This document shows positions 38,801-48,075 of a DNA stretch of 64,000 bases, piece by piece. The stretch lies in assembly GCA_965223845.1 (NCBI GenBank), contig CBDCXR010000004.1, positions 4,352,001 to 4,416,000 of the forward strand, read 5' to 3'. This DNA comes from Planctomycetota bacterium. Lineage in GTDB: Bacteria; Planctomycetota; UBA8108; SXIK01. The number at the start of each line of letters is the position of its first letter. Position 1 is the stretch's first letter. The notes beneath the pieces were generated by a model that was given only the letters and a program-made list of their open reading frames with translations, made no database searches and was not told the DNA's origin. The translations under genes were made by a program, and so were the position numbers.

Positions 38801-40372
38801 GGAGAGCCTCGCGCGAAGGATTCGAGCGGGAACGAAGCTCGGCTCGCTGCGGAGCACGCGGTCCAGCGCCTGGATCGCCTCATCATCCTTCCGCAAGAGC
38901 GCCAAGGCCTGGGCCCGGTGGTAACCGGCCTCCGGTCTCGCGGGAACTCGCTCGGCAGCCGCGGCGAGGTCCTGCACGGCCTTCGCGATCCCATCGGATT
39001 CGCTCGCGATCGCGACGAGTTGAAGATCGCCGGGCGTGAACCAGAATCGAGAGGTCACCGGATTGCCGATTCGGCCTTCCGCTCTGAGAGTCAGGTAGCC
39101 TGGCATCAGCCGAGTCAACGCGGAGCGCACCCGCGGTTCGTACTCGACCAACGCCACCCGCGCTCGCTCCTGGTGCGCGCTGATGGCAAACCAAGCAGCA
39201 GCGGGAACGAGCACGAGCAAGGCGGAGATCACCGCTGAGTTCAACGCGTTGCGCCGGACGAAACGGAGCGCCTTCTCCCATTTCGGCTGCGGGCGCGCCT
39301 CGATCGGATCGCCGCGCACGAACCGCTGCAGGTCCTGCGCCAAAGCCTCCGCGGTTCCGTATCGGTCGGCGGCGTTCTTCCGAGCGCACTTCAGAACGAT
39401 CGTCTCGAAGTCCTTCGGCACGCGAGGGTTGGTCTTTCGCGGCTCCGTCGGATTTCGGTCGATGATCTGAGACAGCGTGTCGGCGTGGTCCTTGCCCCGG
39501 AAGGGCGGACGACCGCAGATCGCCTCGTACATCGTCGCACCCAGCGAGTACACGTCGGTACGGTGATCGACGGGGACTTTCTTCCGACGCGCCTGCTCGG
39601 GCGACATGTAGAGCGGGGTGCCGACGAAATCTCCCGAAAGCGTCAGCGACTCTTGCCCTTCGAGGAGTGCCAAACCGAAGTCGAGGATCCGGAGTCGGCC
39701 GTCCTGGTCGAGAATGAGATTCGATGGCTTGATGTCGCGATGGGTGATGCCCTTCGAGTGCGCGTGTTGGAGGCCGTCGGCGACGTGGGCGAACGCCTTC
39801 GCCATGTTGTGGAAGTACGCGACCTCGTTCTTGGAGCCAAACGGCGTCTCCGTCTCAGACTCGGCGTCCTTTGTCCTGGCGAGAATCTGCGCCAGCGTCT
39901 CGCCCTCGACGAAATCCATCGAGTAGTACGGCGTGTTCTCCTCCTGCCCCATGCCGTGAACGCCAACGATATTCGGGTGGTTGAGCTTCGCCGCCGCTCT
40001 CGCCTCTCGCATGAAGCGGTGAAAGCGCTTGTCGTCGACCGCGACGGCACCGGGCAGAACCTTCAGCGCCACCTGTCGCTCGACGGAGTTCTGCCACGCC
40101 TCGTACACCACACCCATGCCGCCGCGCCCGATTTGGCGACGCAGGGTGTAATCGCCGAGGGTTCCGAGATCTCTCGAAGCCGCGGAATCTCGGTATACGT
40201 CTCGCAGGAGTCGCAGTTGATCAATGAGCTCTTGGGCCACTTCCGGGTGGTCCGCCCGGATAGTTTCGATGTCGATCGCCTCTCCGGCATTCAAACGCTC
40301 GACGTACTGAGCGAACAACGCTTCGACGCCGGAAGGCAAGCCGCCGTGAGAGCCGTTCGTTTTCTCACTCAT
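35819..40372 (-). CDS. Membrane Ser/Thr protein kinase with TPR repeats and a C-terminal malectin-like domain
   Basis: IGRGGMGVVY, VALK, HRDIKPSN, DFGLA, GTPLYMSPEQ; one TM helix; TPRs; RINCGG...W.RD, FHFAEL, PKISAIE. Confidence 0.92.
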   Translation of the reverse strand: MSEKTNGSHGGLPSGVEALFAQYVERLNAGEAIDIETIRADHPEVAQELIDQLRLLRDVYRDSAASRDLGTLGDYTLRRQIGRGGMGVVYEAWQNSVERQVALKVLPGAVAVDDKRFHRFMREARAAAKLNHPNIVGVHGMGQEENTPYYSMDFVEGETLAQILARTKDAESETETPFGSKNEVAYFHNMAKAFAHVADGLQHAHSKGITHRDIKPSNLILDQDGRLRILDFGLALLEGQESLTLSGDFVGTPLYMSPEQARRKKVPVDHRTDVYSLGATMYEAICGRPPFRGKDHADTLSQIIDRNPTEPRKTNPRVPKDFETIVLKCARKNAADRYGTAEALAQDLQRFVRGDPIEARPQPKWEKALRFVRRNALNSAVISALLVLVPAAAWFAISAHQERARVALVEYEPRVRSALTRLMPGYLTLRAEGRIGNPVTSRFWFTPGDLQLVAIASESDGIAKAVQDLAAAAERVPARPEAGYHRAQALALLRKDDEAIQALDRVLRSEPSFVPARILRARLSGETVNEKRIEDWSRASQGVSWASSWLDAYRAARRAEERVANRDLEQTKKRWLEVARAFDHLARMEGPGNELFLGSSIETRLAKGAALLAAGALDEAEVAFVELRALWPTLLEPWLLLGKTYFRGGRPSRAEATFAGLHDMVEHKDIAAAWIAITYESLRQYEHALRWSRRISREQLSRRLRAVFLCRLWRSAEAIEAARSAIALNEADPVAHAVLGWSVYFERLFSSDGRDESLQAEGLRSLRRACELDSANPFPFAILALTLLRENDRAGAQHAVDRALALDPSHPIAHVAGGILAYSRGRLDEAEKLVRRGVSMAPDDSYLQTSLAMVCYERRDPTAAIEAAMRATELDPNWALPRVLLGLCRLDEGKYDEAGEHFFSASTLPPENGKGLTGLARVRFLQGKVEEALAVIDRAISLDERRVERWLARARILRHLNRDEESAASIRKAEELGSVFSVRSQLGWTLVKERRYREAEETFGELAELVPARSGAYTGLCNARLKLGKHAEAIEAAERAVELAPRNASARREFGHALFHAGEFLKALDPLMNHLSRVRGAHWTQRLLARSLRRIEDSGRFPPAEVVAKLTRIAESSREIRDDLQAAVASILFHAPYGDRDQAYALAVRAVENSEWQGDAALCTLAEITSARGDARGAVRLLEKAVLLPDVTRKSLRALAELREQLLPEVASAASVDAALENVQPGSRAEKELAAAMRTAANAPAVLSYLDARLLQRGDRPELALETLEGLAGVPDADVLVHLRRIESLRIQGDFVRADAYLQEVLNRHDDRRLWTLWLETAISDLHRGPRDLLESFPSSSTDGYAADMRSLLEELERGTVRINCGGERYTDSGDRIWERDRFFEGGSRSTLKYTLQGPVRNTGDHLLYRTFRDFDDEDSRPAYRIPLPAGTYRITFHFAELDLREPGARRFDVRVERRPALTNFEPASEGFAVANAHPWTAVVDDGTLDVEFVPVIGAPKISAIEIVATTSNSPRD

Positions 40373-40988
40373 GCTCGCCCTCCGACGCCCGGATGGAGCG
40401 GTCGGGAAGGTGCAAGCTCTCGGTGTCTCCGAAAGCCGACTTCAAGTTCTCCAGTGCACGATAGAGAAGTCGTTTCACCGCCTCTGGAGACCGCCCCATC
40501 TCCTCCGCCGCTTGCTGAAACGTCAGCCCGTCCACCCGAACTCGCAGGATCACTTCGCGGTGTTCGGCGCTGAGCTCATCGAGCGAATCTTCCAGTCGCT
40601 TGAACCTCTCTTCGCGGCGCATCGCTCGACTGGGGGAAACTAGCTCGACGGGCATGTGCTCGTCCAAAGGAGCTCTCCGTTCACGAGCTCGCTTCCGTGC
40701 CAATTGCAGAGTGACGTTTTCCGCGATACCGCCTAACCAATGAAGGAGAGAGTCCCTTCCCCGCCATTCGAAATTCGCGATGGAACGATATGCCCGAAGC
40801 AGAGTCTCCTGGTAGACGTCATCCACCTCGACACCAAACACGATGCGGGCGCTCAGTCGGGACGCAACGAGCGCTCGTATTCGATTCCGGTCTTGCGAGA
40901 CGAGAGTCTCGAATGCCTCGCGGTCGCCGGACTTTGCGGCTTCGATCAGTCCCTGGTTGTCGTTCGCTTTGGTCATGAGGTTGTTCAT
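40365..40988 (-). CDS. ECF RNA polymerase sigma factor (kinase-associated type)
   Basis: GDREAFETL, DDVYQETLLRA, WLGGIAEN, SPSRAM, LSAEHREVILR; overlaps the kinase start by 8 bp. Confidence 0.9.
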   Translation of the reverse strand: MNNLMTKANDNQGLIEAAKSGDREAFETLVSQDRNRIRALVASRLSARIVFGVEVDDVYQETLLRAYRSIANFEWRGRDSLLHWLGGIAENVTLQLARKRARERRAPLDEHMPVELVSPSRAMRREERFKRLEDSLDELSAEHREVILRVRVDGLTFQQAAEEMGRSPEAVKRLLYRALENLKSAFGDTESLHLPDRSIRASEGEHE

Positions 40989-41512
40989 TCCATCTGCGTT
41001 ATTCCCACTGAGCGCCCAAAGGGTCGCGGAATCTCAGAAGATTCTCTGGCCCATTGTATTCCCGTGCTCCACGAGGCCGGAGCGACCAGTTGGGTGCACC
41101 CGATCAGTACGAGACTGGTGACGTTCGCAGGCTCGTTTCGCCTCCTCGGGGCGCCTCTCCACTCTGCCAAACGCGAGTTACGGCCACTCGAAACCGCTGC
41201 GCACGGCTCGAGATCGACAGGGAACGGAGGGTCTCGCTCAAAGCGCGAAGTCGCGGCATGCGCACTTTTCTTTCGAGTGAGCGAAATCTTTCGGCGTAGC
41301 TCGGAAGTCTAGCGATCGCGCTCTCAAGCGAGCGACGCGCAAGGGGCGGGATGGAATTCACGCCGCGAGAAAGGGAGAACTCGAACGACCGGTCGCGGGG
41401 GTACGAAAGATTCCTCACTCCGCGCCATTTTCCCCACCGCACCAATCCTCGAGCTGAAGAGCGTTCTCAGCCGATTCTCTATGGTAGGCTGACGTCGAAA
41501 AGGTGTTCGGTG

Positions 41513-44455
41513 ATGGTGTACGAAAACCCGCGCGAGCTGACTCGATCTGTTCCGGTGTGCCGCCACGAATGTTGCGGCACGGTAGGTACGCTCTGCCGCT
41601 GGTCCCGACGCATCGCCGCGCTCGCGCTCACGTTCGCCTTCCTCGTCTTCCTAGCGAGCTGCTCGCGATCTTCGAGCGGTCCGGGCGCGGGACTCGATCC
41701 TCTTCCGATCGCCGGCGGCGTGACCGAGATGGAACGCGTTGAAGAGCTCAGTGAGACGGTTGCCAACCGATTCATCGAGTTCTCGGACAAGGTTCGGAGG
41801 CGCGACTTCGACGCCGCGGCCGTCTACCTGGGCGAGGATTTTCTCGGCACTGCATTCGGCGCGTGCGCGGCTCAGCCCGCCGAGACGCTTCCGGTCGGCG
41901 TGACGAGAACGCGTTTCGATCCCGCGCCGGCACGCGCCGAGCCGGCGAACCGAGCGACTTTTCTCCGCTCGCTTCGCGAGTTTCTCTCTCCGCTCGAGTC
42001 GATCGAGTACGTCTTCTTCAAGACGCGCGGCGCCGAGTTCACCCCGGATGCGAACCGAGGAGTCCTCCGGATGACCGTGCAGATCATCGGCCGCGAGCCG
42101 GGCGACCGTCCGTTTTCACTGAACGGCGCCGCGGCCGCGGAGGCGCTCAAGGTCGGCGAAGCCTGGGTGCTCCGGCGATTCGTACTCAAGAGCTTGAATG
42201 TCACGCGGCGAGATTCACCCGTGTTCACGGACGTGGCGACTTCGGCCGGAGTCGCGTCGTTCGGCCCGCGACTGGGAACGGGCGACAACACTAACTTCTA
42301 TTGGCGGGGCGCGGCCACCGCCGATGTCGACGGCGACGGGTACTACGACATCTTTACGACGACCAGTCGGCGCGCGTGGCTCTACCGCAACCGAGGCGAT
42401 GGCACCTTCGAAGATGCGACCGGCGGATTCGGCATCGACGCGCCGGCGAACTCGACTGGACCGCTCTTCTTCGACTACGACCGGGACGGCGATCCCGATC
42501 TCTTCCTGGGCTACGTCGGCTGGAGGGTCGACGGCGTGCCCCAAGGACAGTCGCTTCGCCTCCTTCGAAACGAGGGCGGAAAGCGATTCGTCGACGTGAC
42601 CGACGCGGTCGGTCTCGGAAACCAATACCTTGAAGCGTTCAGCGCCTGCGCGTCGGACGTCGACGGAGACGGTTGGCTCGACCTCTACATCTCCGCCTAC
42701 AACCGACTCGACGCCGAGTACCCGAACTCCTGGTACCGGGCGACGAACGGCAGCCCCAACGCGCTCTTTCACAATCGCGAGGGACGATTCGTCGACATCG
42801 CCGCGGAGGCCGGAGTCGCGGGAACGGGATGGAGCTACGCGGCATCCTTCGCCGATTTCGACGAAGACGGTGACGAGGACCTCTACGTCGCGAACGACTA
42901 CGGTGACAACTCACTCTACCGAAACGAAGGCAGTCTTCGTTTCCGCGACGTCGCCGCCGAGCTCGGCGTCCTCGATACGGGAAACGGGATGGGAGTGACT
43001 TGGGGCGACCTCGACAACGACGGGCGCCTCGATCTCTACGTCTCGAACATGTCATCGTCCGCCGGCAACCGCATCCTCTCGCGGCTTCCGCGCTCCGGCG
43101 GGCCGGGCTCCGAGCGGTCGGAGGGCTCCAGCTCGCGGCACTCGAGCCGCGGCGTACAGAGCACACTCGCGAAGCTCGCTGCCGGAAACACGATCTTCCG
43201 GCAGTCGGGTGCGCGCTTCGAAGCGCTGCCGGCCGAGAAGGGCGGGATCGGCGCGTCGTGGGCCTGGTCTGCGGCCCTGCTCGATATCGACCTCGACGGT
43301 CGATTGGACATCTACGTCGCCAACGGATTCATCTCCGGCGACTCGCTCAAGGACACATGAAGCGTCTACTGGCGCCACGTGGTGGCGTCGAGTCTCGCGG
43401 ATGACGCATCGGCGAATCCCGCGATCACGACCGCGAAGATCGAGGCCGAACGCCCGGGAAGCGATCGCTACAAGCAGGACCATATGTCTCTCATCTTCCA
43501 GCGCGGGCTTTCGTTCAGCGGTTTCGAACGGAACAAAGTGTTCTTCGGCGGATCGGACGGCGGGTACGTCGACCTCTCGGACGTGTCCGGCGCCGACACG
43601 GATGCCGACGCGCGAGCGGTTCTGGTCGCGGATTTCGATGACGACGGCGATGCGGACCTCTTCGTGAACGCGATCCAGCGCGAGCAGCACCTGCTTTATC
43701 GAAACAATCTCGACGGAGTCGCACCGAACCGCTTCGCGAAGTTTCGGCTGCGCGCCGCGCGAGGTCATCCGGACGCGATCGGGGCGATCGTGCGCGTCCA
43801 TCGAGGGAGCGTCGTCCAGGCGCAAGTGCTCACCTGCGGCTCCGGCTTCGAGTCGCAAAACGCGCTCGAGCTCATCTTCGGGCTCGGGGGCGTCAACAAG
43901 GCCCGCGTCACGGTTCGCTGGCCCGGACGCGAAGAAGAGGATTTCGGCGAGATCGAGGCCGGTGGTCGCTACGTCCTCACCGAAGGCGCGGGAAAGCCGT
44001 CTCCCTTCGCGGCGAAGACGTTTCGGTTCGTCGACCCGGCTCCGAGAGGCGTCAAGGTACGACTCGGAGACCGTCTCGGTTCGCTCGCCCTCAAGACCGT
44101 GACGGGCGAAGACAAGACGCTCGATCTCACGCAGGAGAAGCGAAAGACCCTGCTCAATTTCTGGGCCACGACCTGCGCCTCCTGCGTGGCGGAACTCCCC
44201 GAACTGGCGAAACTTCACACCGGCGAGACCTACCGAGTCATCGCGGTGAACCTGGATCCACCGAGTCAAAGAGATGCGATTCTCGAACTTTGGTCGAAGC
44301 TCTCCCTCCCGTTCGACACGTTTCTCATCGGCGACAAAGATGCGGATCGCCTCTTCGACGTCGCTCGGATGGGCATTCCGCTCTCGATCGTCGTCGGGGC
44401 CGACGGACGCATCGAGCGCATCCTTCAAGGGCGCATTCGCGAGGGCCAGCTGTAA
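41513..44455 (+). CDS. Candidate selenoprotein: lipoprotein with FG-GAP propeller, ASPIC/UnbV domain and C-terminal TlpA-like CxxC domain (980 aa; Sec616 encoded by TGA at 43358-43360)
   Basis: ORFs 41351-43360 and 43379-44455 are in frame: NGFISGDSLKDT-U-SVYWRHVVASS. Six DxDxDG..D blades lie before the TGA and the seventh after it. Lipobox LASC; NFWATTCASC. Confidence 0.75.
43362..43407 (+). promoter_or_regulatory. Putative bacterial SECIS element
   Basis: Stem ACTGGCGCCAC-GTG-GTGGCGTCGAGT plus outer GCGTC/GACGC; apical GUG starts after an 18-nt spacer from the UGA. Confidence 0.6.
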
Positions 44456-44492
44456 GCGTCCCCGCGGGTTCGCCGCGGCTTCGCGCGGACTC

Positions 44493-47400
44493 GTGATGTT
44501 CGCGGCGTCGATGGCCTTTTCGGCCTGCGAGCCGGCGAAGACGCCGACGGAGCTCGAAGCCGCCGCGATCTCCGATCCGTACCGTCTGCGCAACCTCGGA
44601 AAGCTCCACGCCGATCGAGACTCGGGCGAGGGGTACTTCGACGCCGTCGCGTACTTTCGCCGCCTGGTGGAGCTCCAGCCCGACGACCCCGCCGACCGAC
44701 TGCGTCTCGCGAAAGCGATGCTCTTCGCGGAAGAACCCCAGCGATCCGGCGCCGACGCCGAAGGCGAAGAGAGCGCGCGAGCGCGCGCCGCCGCGAGAAC
44801 GGACGAGGCGAAGCGCCAGCTCGAGGCGGCCCGGCGACTCTTCGGCGACGAGGTCCCGCCGGACGTGGACTACGTCGAGGGACTCATCGAGCGGCGCCGA
44901 CAGCGCTACGTCGAAGCCGCGGCGGCATTTCGCCGAGTGACCGAGCAACGGCCGCGACACGGTTTCGCTTGGTTTCAGCGGGGGCGGATGAACGAAGAAG
45001 CGGGGAATCTCGAAGAAGCCTTGAATTGCTACTCGCGGCTCGTCGAGATCGACGCGACGCACCGAAGCGGCGTCTACCGTCTCGCCACGCTTCTCACGCG
45101 GCTCGAGCGAAAGGACGAAGCGAAGCGTGCGTTCGATCTCTTCGCAAAGATCCCGAAGAGTGAGCACACCGAGAACGAGAAATGCGACCTGACCGCGATC
45201 ACGCTCCGGCCGTCGGGAGGCGAACGGGACGAACTACCGGGAGCCGAGCTCCGCTGGGCAGACGTCACCGCAAAGCACTTTCCCCACGGAGCACCCGAGG
45301 GAGTGAGCCGCGCGTTTCCCCTCTGGCTCGGATCGCCGAAGGACGTCGCATCTCTCGAGGCGGCCCTTCTTCTCATCGGCCCGAGCGTCGCGGACCGCGA
45401 ATCGGGTGCACGGATTCTCACGCACGACGGAGATCGACTCGCTGTCGCCCCCACGACCGACCAGCTCGCCGGGGCGATCGCCGGCATCAACGACGCGGCG
45501 GTGTGCGATCTCGACGGCGACCGGCGCCATGACGTCGTCCTCGTCTCTGAGGCGGGAATCCAAGTCTTTCGCGGCGCGGAGCCGCGAGGATTCGAGCTCG
45601 TCGAGGCGCTCGCGATCGAACGAACGCCCGGGACCATCGAACACGTCCGCCCCTACGATGCCGACCACGACGGAGACCTCGACCTCGTCGTCATCGTGCG
45701 CCGAGACGGACGCGCGCACGCTTCGATTCTACGGAACAACGGAGTCGACGACGGCGTCTCGTTCACCGAGCTGACCCCGTTCGAAGGTCTCTCGATCGTT
45801 TCGGACCCGGAAGTGCGGCGCTTCTCGGTCGACGCGCACGACGTCGATCAGGCGAACGATATCGACTTCGTCTTCGCGGGCGGAGATCCCGGCGTCCAGG
45901 CGTTCCTCAACAAGCGAGGTGAGGGCTTCGAGCGCGTAGCTCTCCCCGAGCTCGGCCGCCATGATCGCGTGCTCGTCGAGGACTTCGACGGCGATGGCGC
46001 GCCCGACTTCTTCGCGACCGGAGCCGATCCCGGCTGGACGATCGCGATGAACTCGGACCAGTACGGAAATCCTTACCGGCTCAGACTGGACGCTCCCATT
46101 TCCGAACGAGCCCCGCGCTCGGGCGCCATTCACGATGCCGTTCTCGGCGATGTCGACAACGACATGGATACGGACGTCGTGCTCGCCACCGATTCGGGAA
46201 TCGTGATTCTGCGAAATCGCTCGGGAGGAAAGCTCGTCGAGGAGAACGCGGTTCCGATCGCGAGCGCAAACGAATCGATGGCCGCTCGTACCTGCGAAGT
46301 CGTCGATCTCGATCTCGATGGTCGACTCGAGATCGTCGCGACCGACTCGGCGAGCCGCCTCGTCGTGCTCGAAAACGAAACGCCCGGACTGTCCGCCGGT
46401 TGGACGATCAGCCCCGTCGGCGGACGAGACAACACGGACGCGGTGGGAACGGTGGTCGAGCAGTTTCGCGGCAACCGCTACCAGAGCCGAATGATTCGCC
46501 GCGCGGGCGGGCTCCACCTCGGACTCGCTGGCGAGCGGCTCGACGGCGTTGACGGCCTTCGGCTCCGCTGGCCGCAGGGAATCGTGCAGGCGGAGCCCGC
46601 GCAGTCCATTCGCCGCGGCACGAAGGGCGAGAAGCAGCCGCTGTTTCGCTTCGACCAGAAAGCCGGGCTCGTCTCGAGCTGCCCGTTCCTCTACGCGCGC
46701 GGGCCGAGTGGTTTTCGCTTCCTCACCGACGTGCTCGGCATCGCGCCGCTCGACGAATGGCTCCCGGAGGGCGGCACACCGCACTACGACCCGGAGGAGT
46801 TCGTGCGAGTGCCCGGCGACGCCCTTGCCGCGTTCGACGGACACTACGAGTTCGCGCTCACGGAGGAGCTACGCGAGACGGCTTACCTCGATCGATTCGA
46901 GCTCATCGTCTGCGACCATCCGGCCGATCGGGAGCTCTATCTCGACGAAAGCACTCGCCAGGGTGTCTACGAACCGCTGCGCCTGATTGTCGTGCGGCAA
47001 GAGCACTTGACGCCGCCGACCAGCATCGAGCTCGAGTACGGAAAGGCGACGACAGACGACGTCGCGCGAATCGACGGGCGCTACGCGCACGGATACCCCC
47101 GCGCACCGAGTCAGCTCGCGGGTTGGGTCGAGCCGTTCGATGTCGAGCTCGAGACCGATTCGCCGGCTCGGGCTCTTCTTCTCACGGGACGCATCGCGTG
47201 GTACGACTCGACCGTCGTGTACGCCCTCTCCCAAAACGGTCGCGAATGGGGCCCCTATCGGCTCGAGCGCATCGAGGAAGACGGCCGGACGACGACGCTG
47301 GTCGAGAACCTGGGATTCCCGGCGGGCATGAATCGCACGATCGTAGCGGAGCTTCCCGCGGGATCGGTGGCCGCCGGTACGCGGCTCCGGCTTCGCGGTC

Positions 47401-47984
47401 ACCACCGGTTTTTGTGGGACCGCATCCTCTTCGCGCGAGACATCGAGCGCGTCGAGATCGAGAAGCGAGAGGGGGAGATCGATCTCGCGCGCGCAGGACC
47501 CGCGGGGCCATCGAGCATCCGGTTCCAGACCGTCGCGGTTTCCGATGCCCGGCTGTCGTTTCACGGCTTTTCAAGAACGAGCGGAAGCCGAGCGCGCCAC
47601 GAGCAAACGTACCACTACGCCGACGCGGCTCCGGACGACTCGTTCGCACCCGCGGTGGGCCGCGCCACTCGCTACGGCGACGTCACGCCGCTTCTTCACG
47701 AACACGATGACCGGCTCGTCGTCGTTCCGGCGGGCGACAAAGTCGAGATCCGCGTGCCGGCGGTCGACGAGCCGCCGGCGACGATGCGCCGCACGTTTTT
47801 CGTTCGAATCACCGGCTGGGCGAAGGAAGGAAGCTTCCACAACCCATCGGGAGGACGAATCCTCCCGCTCCCGCGAAAGGACATGACGCGCTATCCGCCC
47901 GGCGCGGAGGTTGCTGACGATCCCGAATACGTCGAGTACCTGAACGCCTACCAGACTCGCTGGATTCGACGCCGCTCACCATGA
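44493..47984 (+). CDS. TPR + FG-GAP + ASPIC/UnbV-type lipoprotein
   Basis: AFSAC lipobox-like; N-terminal TPRs; multiple DxDxDG repeats; LRWPQG, SSCPFLY, LTEELRETAYLD, RYGDVTPLL. Start uncertain. Confidence 0.85.
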   Translation: MMFAASMAFSACEPAKTPTELEAAAISDPYRLRNLGKLHADRDSGEGYFDAVAYFRRLVELQPDDPADRLRLAKAMLFAEEPQRSGADAEGEESARARAAARTDEAKRQLEAARRLFGDEVPPDVDYVEGLIERRRQRYVEAAAAFRRVTEQRPRHGFAWFQRGRMNEEAGNLEEALNCYSRLVEIDATHRSGVYRLATLLTRLERKDEAKRAFDLFAKIPKSEHTENEKCDLTAITLRPSGGERDELPGAELRWADVTAKHFPHGAPEGVSRAFPLWLGSPKDVASLEAALLLIGPSVADRESGARILTHDGDRLAVAPTTDQLAGAIAGINDAAVCDLDGDRRHDVVLVSEAGIQVFRGAEPRGFELVEALAIERTPGTIEHVRPYDADHDGDLDLVVIVRRDGRAHASILRNNGVDDGVSFTELTPFEGLSIVSDPEVRRFSVDAHDVDQANDIDFVFAGGDPGVQAFLNKRGEGFERVALPELGRHDRVLVEDFDGDGAPDFFATGADPGWTIAMNSDQYGNPYRLRLDAPISERAPRSGAIHDAVLGDVDNDMDTDVVLATDSGIVILRNRSGGKLVEENAVPIASANESMAARTCEVVDLDLDGRLEIVATDSASRLVVLENETPGLSAGWTISPVGGRDNTDAVGTVVEQFRGNRYQSRMIRRAGGLHLGLAGERLDGVDGLRLRWPQGIVQAEPAQSIRRGTKGEKQPLFRFDQKAGLVSSCPFLYARGPSGFRFLTDVLGIAPLDEWLPEGGTPHYDPEEFVRVPGDALAAFDGHYEFALTEELRETAYLDRFELIVCDHPADRELYLDESTRQGVYEPLRLIVVRQEHLTPPTSIELEYGKATTDDVARIDGRYAHGYPRAPSQLAGWVEPFDVELETDSPARALLLTGRIAWYDSTVVYALSQNGREWGPYRLERIEEDGRTTTLVENLGFPAGMNRTIVAELPAGSVAAGTRLRLRGHHRFLWDRILFARDIERVEIEKREGEIDLARAGPAGPSSIRFQTVAVSDARLSFHGFSRTSGSRARHEQTYHYADAAPDDSFAPAVGRATRYGDVTPLLHEHDDRLVVVPAGDKVEIRVPAVDEPPATMRRTFFVRITGWAKEGSFHNPSGGRILPLPRKDMTRYPPGAEVADDPEYVEYLNAYQTRWIRRRSP

Positions 47985-48075
47985 CTCCGGACTGATCGAG
48001 CGAGCGCTCTACCGCGGAGCAACGGGGCAACCGAAATCGAGGGGGGAAACTCTTTTTCTCGGAGTGTCGATCGTT

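Noticed and set aside
40989-41512. Possible ECF-dependent promoter or small ORFs
   Set aside because: No motif could be assigned with support; the short ORFs lack an RBS and protein-like composition.
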